The notes under the pieces were generated by a model that was given only the letters and a program-made list of their open reading frames with translations, did no database searches and was not told where the DNA came from. This document shows, piece by piece, positions 40,143 to 53,383 of a DNA stretch of 64,000 nt; the first letter of the stretch is position 1, and every line of letters begins with the position of its first letter. This stretch comes from Antedon mediterranea (taxonomy: Eukaryota; Animalia; Echinodermata), in the NCBI RefSeq assembly GCF_964355755.1, contig NC_092679.1:1084201-1148200 (forward strand), written 5' to 3'. The translations under genes and the position numbers were made by a program.

Positions 40143-40232
40143 ATAGTATAGTATAGTATAGTATAGTATAGTATAGTATAGTATAGTATAGTATAGTATA
40201 GTATAGTATAGTATAGTATAGTATAGTATAGT
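40143..40232. repeat. (ATAGT)n microsatellite
   Basis: About 18 perfect pentamers. Confidence 0.97.
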
Positions 40233-40739
40233 TCTAATAGCTTTTTAAAATATATTTAACAATCAAATTCTGTTCAACAGAATCATGAGGATTTTACGTG
40301 TAAGTACAGTAAAAAGGGGAACAAATGTACTAAATTGAGTTGAGCTGTTGTTTCCAATAGTTTCATCTTTCCTTATAAGGATGTCAATAAGGAGAATTGA
40401 CAATGTATTTTTGTCAATCCATCCATGATAATATAATAAACATGACAGCTACTATCTAAATTAATTTACTGTAGCTTTGCATGGGCATTAGACCAACCAT
40501 TCATTAGCATAAATGTGTCGAGTTTATATTTGCTCTATTTTTATATGCAATATTTTTTTTAATTTTTCAAAATAGCTTTTCACAACATTAACATTTAGTA
40601 TTTAAAAACATTTTTTGAGATTTATATATAAATTGTCAAACAATACAGTAATTATTATAGTCACCTCTACAATAATAAATCCATAAAAATAATATATGAT
40701 GAGAACATGTAACAAAATTAAGATTTTTTTTTTAACATT

Positions 40740-43700
40740 TCAGTTTTCTTCTTTCAATGATGTTATGCATGTTCGTAGAAGTTGTACTTGGGCCTAAAAA
40801 ATAAAAAATCATGTTTATCTCTTTATGTTTCGATTTTTTAATTAAAAAAAAACACTTTACGAGGTGGATTTAGAGAGAAATTGAGTCCATGTCCATAAAT
40901 GGTTTTTGTCAACAAAATAATTTATACACAAATGATGGTGGCAAAAAAAAAAATAATTCGAGTGATTTTACCAGGATATTGAATTTTGCTAAATATTGTT
41001 TTTAAATTGTGTGTTACAAAATTTTTTTGCAAAACTTGTTCTGATACCTGTATAAAATAAAATATCAAATTAAATATTAAAAATAATTTTCAATATCTTA
41101 CCTTTGCATGTTTTGTTTCAAGTTCTGCTAACTCAACCAAGTACTTCCTGTAAGCTTCAACTCTACGTGCTTTAAAGTCAGTTAGTTCGCCTTTAGCGAT
41201 TTCAGATATCTTCTCAAACTTTTCGCACGCCTTTTGTTGCGCTGTTTGGGCTTGAGCTAAATCTTTGTTTTTTAGACGAGCTTTCTCTAGATTCTTATTT
41301 GCCGCTTCGTAGTTGGCAAGGGAACGAGATCGGCGAAGTAACAACGACTGTTGAAAAGATATTTAATTTCATAAGAAAATGACAAAGTAATTTATATGAA
41401 AGGCTTTTATTGTAGTAAAGTCAGAGGCGGGTGGGGTCGAGGAGGGTAGAACTAGGGCTTTATGTTCACCCTTTTGACAGCCAAAATAAAATTATGAACT
41501 ACTTTTTGACATATATTTTTGACAGACTATAAACTTTAATATTACGCTTATCCATTTAAAATCCTGGATCCAATATTTGACATCTATTATTTTAAAATTA
41601 TAATGTTATAATTTTGGATCCAACACCCCTGAAAGTAGGGCCACAAAAATGCCATATACCTTAGCGGCTGCCGAGTCTCTCATATAATATCGCAAAAGGT
41701 CTGAAAGTTTAAGATCTTCATCAGATGAAACTCTTGCTTCTAATTTCTGTATTAAATAAATAACAACAAAATAATTCAGACAAGAATGAAGCAAGCCATT
41801 TTGATTCTATAATTTGAATATTTGTGAATTATATTTCAAAATATACCATACAAATTGAGATTATTATACATTGAACATCTAGTAACTGTGTACAGAGTAT
41901 AGTAAGTTCATTGTCAACTTACTCTAACTTTTTCAAATGTGTCTGCAATTTTATTGAAAAACCTGCAAAATAAAATATAATTACTTGAAATTATATAAGC
42001 AATGAACATAAAAAAAGGAAAAAATGTATTATAATAATAACTTAGGATTCTATCTATTAATGTGCCTGTATAAAATTTGTTAATAATAAATAAATATGTC
42101 TGTAAATACGGTGACACGTACTTGTCTAAATCGGTTCTCTCAATCGTAGCAAGCCCAGTGAGACCTCCAGATATCTGAATGTAATTATCTGCAACATCTA
42201 AATAAAAAAAAGAAAGATGTTTACAATATCTGACAAAATCATAGCAAAGGTAGCTATAACTTAAAGCTATTTCTTAAATAATCTCTAAATTATTGTTTTG
42301 TATTGAATTGATTTATACTTTTTTCATATGATGTATGTACTGTTGTTGTATTCATGATATGTGATGTGCCCATATATGGACATAATGATGTCAAATTTGG
42401 CATGCAGTCTGTTTGTCATTAAGCCATGCATAGTAATGTTTATCATTGTCTACTTCAACAAACAAGCATGAACTTACTTTTATGAGTTCTTGTCATTCTA
42501 TCTGACTTAGAGGTGGAATCTTTTACTCTGGTGTGATACTCAACTAGAAAACTCTTTTCATGCTCAAAGAAGCAATCAACATCCTAAATAAAAATGAAAA
42601 ATAAATGTTAAATATATAATTATGTTTAAGAGTCACCCAGCACTAGCACTGATATACACCTATGTTATCATCAAATGGTTTATTAGTCAAATTCACCCCA
42701 AATATAACAACCAATTGAAGAATGTTCTGTTAGTGTGAGATTGATGAAATGTTTGTATGGATGGTTTGAAAATAAACTAACCTTTTGTCCAGAAAGAAAA
42801 ACTTCACTGACAGATTTTGTTAGTGATTTGTAAAGACTATCAAACCTCTCTTTCTTATTTCTTCCACGTACATTTAACTGTAACCAAAGAGAAATATAAT
42901 TGTTTAAAAAGAGAGAAGGAAAAGGATGGTGATAAAAAACACATGAAATGCTGTGAAAGAGAGAGGGGATGAATAGAAAGAGGAAAAGAAAGGAATGGAA
43001 AATAATGAAAGAAGCTTACATCTTGGTCATACTCCAAGAACACTTTAAAGTTTTGATCACTTCTTAGCGTAGGGTGAGCAGCAAGTCGTTGTAAGAACAC
43101 TTCATGCATGGCTACAGTTTTCTTAAAAGTTGCTAGATATTCCCTTAAAATAAAACAACATCAACATTAAGTTCTGTCTACACTATCAAATTAGTTTGAA
43201 AAACAAATGTAATTTGCCCAAATATGGTAGTGATATGTTCAAATATGGCAGTGATATGACATCATCATGTCCATATATGGCACATCACATTTTTTTGTCA
43301 TAAACTTTGATAGTTTAGACAGAGCTTTAACAATCTTATCATACAATACAAAGTCAAATTAGAAAATTCAAATGAATAAAGGAGACTTTACATCATCAAA
43401 ATACAAATTTGCAATCTTCATGTAAAACCGGTCTATACACCTTTTTAAAGGCCAGGTGCGGGCAAAAATTTCTATTGATCATACATTCCAATAATTATCG
43501 ATCTATAGTTTCCCCTATGTTTCATAATTTTGGGGATTTTATTTGTGTTAAAATAAGCACTTTTTTATCAGTAAAATAGTTCAAATTACACAGTAAACTC
43601 TCTATTCTTTTGTACACAAATTTTGTAAATAGAGAGGCATTTTAAAAAGCTATGAAAAATAAACGGTGTGGTAAAAAGTTTTATCAGATGACTAAATATA

Positions 43701-46700
43701 GGTAATATAACTTGAATTTTACATTTCTGATATTTTTATTCAACTTTAGATTTTTATTTTCATGCTATAGCCAAAATTATCCACCGTATACCCACCATCT
43801 TTTTTCACCTTCTAGGGAGTTACCAGATATGTTATTACATTAGGTTAAACTACCTAACTACTGAAAAAAAGTCTTCCTGGTTTTTATGGCAGAATTTTGC
43901 CAAATTTTGTATTTGACCATATTAAGGGAAATTCATGTTTTTTTGTCTTGATTTCTGTTACAAATATTTGATTTATGTACAATTAACCAGATATTATATT
44001 TAAAATTCATGCCTGTACCTGAGCTTTAAAACTTCATTTAATGTAATTTTAACCCTCCATTTAAGTTTTCACTTACGCTTCCAATTCTTGTTTCATTTTT
44101 GAGAACTCTTCTTTAGTCATTGTTCCCTCACCTTCTCCTAACTTCTGAAGCTTTTCTCTGGATGCGTCAAAGTCTGGTCTAGGCGGTGCAGGTGGGATCT
44201 AGAAAATTGAATATCTCAGTGACTATCTAAAGGAATTACTTTAAATTACTAAGTTGATAAAACTAACAGCTCTCGCACACACACCCAGTGCTTTTTGTCT
44301 TGATATATAGAATGTCATATTCAGAAAGGTTTTATAAAGTAATTGGCAGTGCTTTTACTTAACTTGTCATGGTTAAGGTGCTGGAAACGATATCCATTAA
44401 ATCAGCACACATTTAAGTCTCTATTGTTTTGGTGGTAGAGCAAATCTTCTTGAATAAGGACTTTAAATTGGAGGTCCAATGTTATGATAGTAATAGACAA
44501 TTTAGAGGAAGTTTAGCAACAGTTTAAAGGTGTAATTTGATGTACCTCTAACGGACGTTAGTACTTCCTGATTACATAGAATATGGTACAATTCAATGAA
44601 AGGTTAAAATGGGGTCATACAGTGCATACCACACAGGTGCAATGATCATTATTTCAGTTCAATAGTGTGCACTAATGCACGCCATGTGACCCACAATTGT
44701 CCAATCAAATGACAGAAATGTCATCAATGAAAAGGCTTAGAATGACCAATACAATCATTTCACAAAAAAAGAAAAACAGTACTCACAATGACACCAGCAT
44801 AGTCCTCATTCTCTTCAAACATGTGATGAAGCCAAACAAACTCTTCATGTTCTCTGACCACGGAAAACTCACTTTTACTGAAATCTGGCAGTGTTGTCTA
44901 AAATAAATTATTATTACAAACTTACACAAACATCATATGAAAGCATTTATGTATGTAAAAGTAAATACAAAGTTACAAATTATGACAAAAAACAACAACT
45001 ACTGTGAAGCAATCCAAATCCCAGCAATTATTATAAAATTATTATTTAAAAATGAAATTCATTAGATGGCTTGGAAGGCTTTTTGGAATAATACGAGAGA
45101 AACATGTTTCATTGTTAAAATATTGTTTACAAGAGCATAATATTTTTTTAGTACAATCAACTATGTAGCTGGGACATATGCGGTTTTAAAATATGTCCGT
45201 TTTTTTTTAATTCAGAAAAAAAAATATTTTTATGGTGTGTTACACATTTAGCAATGCTACCAAATTAAAGGTTTTGCAGCCTTACAAATATGTTGTTAAT
45301 ATTATAAACACTAAGTTGTTCAAAGGAATACCACTGAGAATTTCTACACCAATACACTTAAGTACACACACATTACATGCTTAGTCTAAAAAGTTCTAAC
45401 AATGTAATATACAGTATAAAGTACAAGTTGGGTTAACCATACACTGTACATTTCTACTTGTAAGTTTAATATTTTACTTAAAAATAAGCAAAATGAAAAA
45501 ACAAGCTTAAATTCTAGAAAGGTCTTTCAAATATAAAACTGCTAGATAAAACACTACTGGGGTGGACAACACACAATTAAACACATTAAAAACAAAAAAA
45601 GTATGTTGTGCCACAAGATACGTAGACTATCAGTACATATTTCATAGGGAAGACATTTATTATCATACACTAGCTTTTAACTTACAAGAATTTCTAAACT
45701 ATTGGTTGTGGGTACCACCTATGAAAAAAATATACATTTTTTATGCTAACTTTGTAGACAACTTTAAATAATATAGTAGGTAATGCAGATGGATATAAAT
45801 GCTGAACTATAAAGAAAATTTGAAGAAGCACAACACGTATGTGAAATGTGTTTGGTGAAATATCTTCAGCACATAGATGCGTTAAGCTGAACCAATAGCT
45901 GGGTGATGATTACCAGAAAACATTGTTAACATGCTGCAACTTTTCAGAAGTGAAAACAACCTTTTTCTCACATATCTCAGAAAATAACAACACTACCAAG
46001 AAATTACATAAATCAAAATACACATTTCAACATAATCTTTTAAATTTTAATGAACAAACTGAACTTGAAAAATAATTGAAAGTAATCAAGGCAAAAAGGT
46101 GGTACCTTTTGACTTTTAAGGAAGTTGAACAATTAAAAAATTGTATACATACATTTTAATTTGAATGGCAACAATACACTTAAATTTCTTAAGCTCTGTC
46201 TACACTATCAGAATAGTTTGACAAAAAAAGTGTAATCATGTGCCCAAATATGATATCGATATACCAAATATGGTAGTGATATGACATCATCATGTCCATA
46301 TATGGACAAGTTTGAAGTGTAGACAGAGCTTTAGAATATGTTTTTGAAATGATTTGTTTACCTTTGTGTGAACCGTAAACTTAACTTTCTCTCGTTCGCT
46401 CAAAGCATCAGAAATATCCACAAGCAGAGATGTGTCGGCACTCAGGTCAACGGTATCGGAACGACTTGGCTAGCGAAAAAACAACATGCATTGTATTTAT
46501 TAATATTAATGTGGATATTATTACATAATTTATTTTTTTACTTACAGTAACCTTGGTTAATTTAATTTAGTTAAAGATTTAGCCTGTTTTAAAAAAAAAT
46601 ACCTAGTGGCTATCCTTATGACAACCAATAGTATGATGATCAATAATAACGCAATGTGTTCAATGTTTTGAATTTATTAAGAATTAAAAATACATAAAAA

Positions 46701-47298
46701 CATTATAATAATAAAAAAACATAAATTATTGACATTAAAAATACAGTAAACATTTAAAAAAGATTTCCCAGGAAATCGGTTTGTAACATTACTGATGCTT
46801 ATTTTTTTCTTGTCACTCAGACTCAGAAAGTCATGACTTTTTATAATTCTAATTAATAAATATTAATATTTTTATATGAATTTTGGGAAGGAGGCAATTT
46901 AATATAATGGCATAAACTGTTAAATATTAAATATCAATATATATTTTAAAATGTCATTCATTACAGCATTAGAATACTGTATGTGCTAATAGGCCGTTGT
47001 TTATGTTATACAAAGTAGTAACAAAAAGGGGCGGATACAATGGTCTAGCCGGCCTAGCTAGGTGGTACCGAATTACAGCAACAGCAGCAGGACGGGCGTT
47101 GGTGGTGTAATTTTCCGAAAAAAATGAGGCTAGGCCTAGCTAGGCCACAAGTCTTACCTTAGTTTGGTCCTCAGCGAGAAGGTTTGGGCTTTCTTCCAAT
47201 CCATCCTAAAATTTAAATATACATTAATTGCATTCAATTATTACAAATTTCAGAAAAGTGTTGTTTATCGGTTAAATTGTCAATAAACTTACCATCAT
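40740..47298 (-). CDS. SNX6: Sorting nexin 5/6/32 family member (PX-BAR)
   Basis: Exons 47293-47298 (MM), 47158-47205, 46362-46469 ([20 protein letters not shown]), 44787-44897 ([12 protein letters not shown]), 44077-44198 ([24 protein letters not shown]), 43020-43143, 42782-42877, 42478-42583, 42122-42197, 41923-41962, 41660-41746, 41102-41347, 40740-40793. Confidence 0.96.
43170..43326. mobile_element. Harbinger MITE family A, complete
   Basis: Both TIRs, TTA TSD. Confidence 0.9.
43449..44025. mobile_element. Kolobok-like MITE
   Basis: TTAA on both sides; imperfect TIR AGGCCAGGTGCGGGCA / TGCCTGTACCTGAGCT with purine-purine start. Confidence 0.6.
46192..46330. mobile_element. Harbinger MITE family A, complete
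   Basis: Both TIRs, TTA TSD. Confidence 0.9.
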
Positions 47299-47630
47299 GT
47301 TTGCCTGTTCGACGGTGGTTTCGCGAAGAGTACACTGTCACGTGATATTCCGGCTTAACTTATTTTACCAGAATCAAAATAAACAAAAATAACAATATTT
47401 TACCATTTCTCATAAACTATTTAGAGTAATAACACGCTTTTATTAATTTTAAAATATTATGTAGTATATTTATTGTTTAACTAACATGATAAATTTTGAA
47501 ATTTTATATTTTTCTAGAATACAAATTGTAGATTATCCGGCAAGTACAATGTTTACAAAATCGAGGTCAGCCGGTGTTTACCGTGTCACATCACTCACGT
47601 ACACACACCCGGCCCTCACACACGCGGTAA
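47299..47630. promoter_or_regulatory. Divergent promoter SNX6/MGME1 with probable non-coding MGME1 first exon
   Basis: E-box GTCACGTGAT (47337-47346), TTTCGCGAA; donor CG|GTAAGT near 47627 and acceptor TTGAACAG near 48088 upstream of the MGME1 ATG. Confidence 0.55.
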
Positions 47631-48129
47631 GTATAAACAACAACATGCATAGAGCTCATTACGTATTATTAATATGTAATCAGAGACTGTTTTGGTTATT
47701 TATCATCAGTATCCTTCGAAACCATAGGATAGAACATGCACAGGGTGTCAGGATGGGCCAGGGATTTTAATTCTAATAAATTAATTTATTTTATTAAGCA
47801 CACGTGAATGATGAATGGAGTTTAACTTTAACAGTATATTATCGTGGCCATTTATCTGGCACATCATAATTAACGTACCTAACCTGGTGAATGATGATGA
47901 TGTCGCTAAATGTCCAATGCCAAAACAAAAGGACGAAAATGACATGCTTTACTTTTGTTATAACCAGCATTATTAATATGAATAATTATGATATGTGTTT
48001 TGTTTCATTTATAATATTTGATTGCCAAACATTATTTTATATATTTTAATAAATATTGATATATTAATAATATTGATTGATTGAACAGATATATAGCATT
48101 GCGAGGAATCGAGCTTGATATTCATCAAC

Positions 48130-50242
48130 ATGGCTTCATCTGTGCAACTATACAGTAACCACGTGCGCAGTTGTCTTCTACTTCGGTCTCAGATTAGAGC
48201 TTCTTCAAGCAGCAGAACTGTATTGCAACCTCGTCATAATAAGGAAAGAAAGAAACCAACAACCTCTCAGAATGCATCTGATTTAAAAGAAAACTTCCAG
48301 TTCCACAATCTATCTGATTTTCATACCAGCAAAGACGATGGCGTTGATGCGGATGGTTTAGCAGTCAGTAGACATGGAAACTCAATCTTTTTTCCTTTAG
48401 TAAAAAAAGACAAACAAGATTTCACAAAGTGTGTCCAAAAGTCAGGTATAAATAGAATTATACCATACATACACCATTTATATTGCACCTTATCAAGAAA
48501 TGTCAAGGTGCATTACAGATAAACTAAAACTGAATATTATGTTATGAATTTGAAACCACTGTTATTTGCCAAATAAGGTTTTTTAAAATAATTTGATAAA
48601 TGCTTTCAATTTTTTTTTAACTTTCAGATTCCGCTTCAGCAAGTGTTTCAAAAGTTCTCAAAGAGACGATGCCACCAGAGAGGTTGTTGATTCTAAAACG
48701 ATGGGAAAATAAAATGATTAAAGAATTAGGAATTGAAGGTTTTGAGTCTTATAAAAAGGGTTAGTTCTTGCGGTTTAATTCCAAATATGGTACAAGAATC
48801 AAAATCTAGGATAGCGCTCCTGTAACCTTGCACGATGACAGCATAATATTGTCTTTGATAACAAAATTTCACTGCCATGTTAGTCTAAGTTCTAGACAGA
48901 GTTTTGAATTAATTAGTAAAAAGATAATTGGCAAATATGGCGTTTCATACGTATATTACTTGAACTTAGTTTTCAGACAAAAATTGTAACCAACATAAAA
49001 AGACAATAACTACTGAGGCATGTCATGTATATGTCAACAATTTAATTTTATGTAATTTTAAATGTTAATTTTCTGGATTTTAAATCTGCCTAGCACCTCA
49101 TGATTAAAAAAGGTTTTGTATCTCGTTCATGATTAAAACAGTTTAAAAATCTTGATTAATGAATTTTTTTATGCAAGAAATATTCGAGACAGGAAGTACT
49201 TTTCACCAGTATTTACAAGATTATCTTATCTCTGGCAAATCACCCGATGATATTCCAGAGAGTCTGCTGGGCTACTGGACAAGTATTAAATCGGTCATTC
49301 CACATGTCAGTGACATCGGGCTAAATGAAGAACCTGTCAGACATCCTTATCTTAACTACCATGGCATTGTCGACTGTGTTGCATCCTTCAGGTACATGTT
49401 TTTCTTTAAATTGAATTACTGTTCCTTAAAATATATTTTGAATTTAAAAATTAAAAATAAATTCACTTTAATTGTTGCAATAGGAATCACCTGTGCGTTA
49501 TTGAATGGAAAACATCTAGGAAGAGAAAGAGCAGTTTAAAGCAGACCTATGACTACCCTCTGCAGACAGCAGCCTACGCTGGTGCTATCAACTTCACAAA
49601 GGAAACACAACATCAGGTAGTTCTGCAACTTGTTTTGGCACACATGGCGTGTCATAATTATACTTGAGCTGGAATCACCAAAATTCTTTACTGGTCATGA
49701 AGAGATAATAACTTAAAGCAAGTCAACACCCACTGGTATTATGGCGTTGAAATATCCTAAACCCTGTCTACACTATAAAACTTTATGTGACAACAAAAAT
49801 GTGATGTGCCCATACATATATACTGGTACTGGTTCAAATAACCGTCTCACAGAGACATCTGGTAGCCATTGACTTAAAGTTGGCATTTGGATTCGTTACT
49901 TTTAAATGTACAGTATGAGAGTGACTACTACCAAATTGCACAGTCACAAAACAACTTATAAAACAGTTCATATGAACATGTCATATCACTACCATATTTG
50001 GGTACCACACTTTTTTTGTTTGATAGTGTAGGCAGAGCTAAAAATACCATTTTATATCCAAATTTGAATCTGAACCATTTTTTTTTCAGATAAACAATAT
50101 TGCCATTGTTATAGCATATGAGAATGGTGACCAATCAGATGTTCATTTCTTAAATAGAGACTTGACCAATTTATACTGGACACAGTGGTTGCAACGGTTG
50201 CAAGAGTATAAACAGTCACTTAAAACTGTGTCAGAGGAATAA
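48130..50242 (+). CDS. MGME1: Mitochondrial genome maintenance exonuclease 1 (PD-(D/E)xK nuclease)
   Basis: Exons 48130-48445 (Arg/Ser-rich presequence), 48628-48759 (SVSKVLKETM..RWENKMIKELG), 49178-49391 (V.HP.LNYHGIVDCVA), 49484-49616 (VIEWKTS..YDYPLQTAAYAGA), 50090-50242. Confidence 0.92.
49761..50039. mobile_element. Harbinger MITE family A split by ~155 bp of unrelated sequence
   Basis: Left half 49761-49820, right half 49975-50039. Confidence 0.7.
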
Positions 50243-50745
50243 GACTAAAAATATTCTACAAGGCGATTCAATGCTTTAAAACAGTATTATTACTTCATTG
50301 TAAAATTGTTAATAAAATATATACAAATCATCTTTAGTGCTTCCGCTAAATTTAATTCATAGTGAAATTATTTCAAGTTTATTTATAAGCTACATTGGTT
50401 TGCGAATATGGTAGGCATTGAATACTAAAATAATGTATTAATAAAAAAAGCACGAGAAAAATAAAAATTTTGAATTGCAGAAAAATAAGTGCAATTTTTT
50501 ATTAAAAATTAAATTAAAAAAACCTTGTTATTGATACTACCTCATACTTTGGTTAAAAACAGTCATTGCATTTTTTAAAACATGGATCACAACAGCTATG
50601 TATCCTGTAATGCTAACAGTAGCCTGAATGTTTTGATGATTTTAGTCTTCTGTCTGTCATCACCATAAGTTTCTTTATTTGGTTGGACAAAAGCGTCTCT
50701 TCCTTTTCAATGACATCGCTGATACCATTCTGTACTAGATCACGT

Positions 50746-53018
50746 TTAACAGTCTCCATCGACCATGGCTTTTGCAAGATTAACAATTTCCAGTAACTGC
50801 GAGCTTACAGACGTCTCGATGTTGCTGCCAACTTCAATTTGAACATCTTCTACTACATGAGTATTACATTCAGCCAGTTGTAATTTTTCCAACACCGCAG
50901 ATGCAGTGACACTAACAGGTACAGGTTTGATGGCAGTATCACCATCAGATTGTGTTTCTATCAATGTATTATTCTCTTGCGTGGTAAGTGATGTCGTGTT
51001 TAGTTCTGATGCTTCTCCTTGCTTGGAACTTTCTAAACTAAGTTTCTCGCTTGGATTATTGGATGAGCTGCTTTCGCTGTTATCAGTAGCACTTGTTACA
51101 CATCTAGTAGTACTAGCAACAGTATCTAAACACCTCAGCGGTAAACCTGGAAATTGAGGGCGCTGTGGGACTTTAAAGAGTTTCTTACGATTCTGTTTAA
51201 TTTTGATTCCTATCAAATTTCCTGTAACTGGGTCAAACTTTGGCCGATTATTTTCTATATCACCATGACTTTTCCACGTTCTTTTACAAACTTCCTTCAA
51301 ATCGTCATTTTCCTCAATCTTTCGCTTGACTCCTTGATTCATAACATTTTCTTCCTGGCTGACTAACTCCCTGGGTTGTTCATTTTCTTCATGATTAACT
51401 AACTCCCTAGGTTGTTCATCAGATTGTTCACTAATCAAGCTCATGTTTTCCCCACTCTCATCACAATCGTTCTCCTCATTTTCAGGCTTGTACTTAAGTA
51501 TACACTCGTTCTCCAGAGGAAATCTAAAATTTGAAACAGCAAATGCAACCGAGCATTCTTTCAAAAGATTATCCAGTGACTTGTCCATGTGGTTCAACAA
51601 CATATTCTGCGTGACAGACTCGTCCAATAGATGGTACAACTGCTCCAGCTTATGTTGTACGGATATTAATTTGGATTTTTTAATTTCTTCTGCTGCCACA
51701 GGTCCATCTTTCCGAGCTAATTGAGCCGACGGCCTTATCTTTTTCCAGGTAGATAAATGTTTATCATTATCTGCATGAAAATCTTTTGCAATTTTTCGTA
51801 GTCTCCTTCTGTTGAGGTCCCTTACTACAACTTTGTAAATAGGGTATATCGATGTTGCCTCGCCGTGGAGCATAGCATGTACATCTTCAACGGATGAGTT
51901 CAACGCAAATTGACCGTATAACTCCTGCTTGAGTACATTTGGAACTGTTTGATGTAGGGTGTCTTCTAAACTAACAGAATGGCTATGAAACTTATAGAAA
52001 ATCACATCAACTCTTCCAGAATCCGACATTTTGGCAATCATCTTAGACGGACAATTTATTCCAAATTTTTTAGTCAGTTTTGCTTTACGTAATGTCGTTT
52101 TTGTTTTGGAATCTAAGTCTCCCTCGAGTCCTGGTTTTGGTTGACCATCTCGGTAGCAGTAGTAAACAAAACGTCTGTCTTGTTTATTTCTACGGGTGTA
52201 ATAAACGTAGTTGTCCAACTCTAAATGATCTTTCCAAATTTGGAACTCTTGAAATGAATTAAACTCTTGTAACAATATGTGGTCTTTGTCTACTGCATGT
52301 TCCAATGACATGTGATTGACGCAATCTTGCTGAGTATCAAATGATTTAGAGCACTCTTCAAAAAACAGACACTTGTGTTTACATTTTATCTTCTTCTTCC
52401 CATCTTTTGTGGATTCCTGCTCATCTACTTCAACAAATTCTACATTCTCATTCTGTAAAATAAACAAAATATCCGACATCAGGTGCTCCAAGCATAATAA
52501 CATGCTGATATGCATTATTCACCTAAAAAGCGCCTAGTAAGTTACAGAGCCTAACAAAATGACAAATGTATACATTATTTGGATTGGATTTGGATTTTTG
52601 AATATCCAAACAATTAGGAGGAATTATCATTGCATTGCAGGGGGGTGCATGCAGTGTGTCATATTGGGTAATCCCAATCCAGCAGCTACCTCAAACTTGT
52701 CATGCGTGACCTTATTAGTGGGAGGCAGCGGGAGCCTGGAGTCTTACCAACTGAATTGCCTTTGCAGCTTCTCCAAATCCCTGTAGTATCGCAGTTGCAA
52801 CTGTTGTTTCCTGTCAAGAACAAAACAAAAACAAATTCAATGGCACTTAGTTAAAGTTTGCTATTTAACAAGCTTTCAGCAGACTAATTTTATGCACACA
52901 TTAAAAACAAAGTAGACATGTTTGGCGATTGCCTGTATTAACTCACCACAGTTTCATTACGGATTGCTGGGAAGCTGTCTTCATATATCACAATCGTTGT
53001 TTGTTCTTCTTCAGTCAT
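50746..53018 (-). CDS. C2H2 zinc finger plus MULE/FAR1-type (WRKY-like) DNA-binding-domain protein; probable domesticated transposase fragment
   Basis: Exons 52947-53018 (MTEEEQ..), 52748-52810, 50746-52452, all phase 0. Motifs CLFFEEC-x12-H-x4-H, F.SFQEF..WK...E, YYCYRDG..TKKFGINCPSKM..FYKFHSH. Probable non-coding exon ending at donor 56084-56085. Confidence 0.8.
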
Positions 53019-53383
53019 TGCTGCTGGCTGGACACAATTTTAAAAAATGTTATGAGAAATTTATCCTGTATGAATGAATATTAATAGGCATGGCAACAAA
53101 ATATCAATTCAATTCAATTCAATTCAATTCAATTCAATTCAATTCAATTCAATTCAATAATACATTTATTTAAGATGGTCACAATATATAACAAACAATA
53201 TTACAATAAACAATCATAAACAATTAATATAAGACCATCTTAGGGATCAAAATTAGAAGTAGAACTTGTCTCACATTGACCCCTAAAATAATAATAATAA
53301 TTCAAACAAAAATAAGAACGGTACCGTATAAATATACAAATACAACGCATACAATTAAATAAATTATACAGTGCGCAACATAT

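Noticed and set aside
44654-44727. C/D snoRNA candidate in an SNX6 intron (TGATGA..CTGA on the minus strand)
   Set aside because: No convincing terminal stem and no recognisable rRNA antisense element
50906-52262. Plus-strand ORFs opposite the zinc-finger exon, and similar antisense ORFs over other exons
   Set aside because: Shadow ORFs of real coding sequence on the other strand
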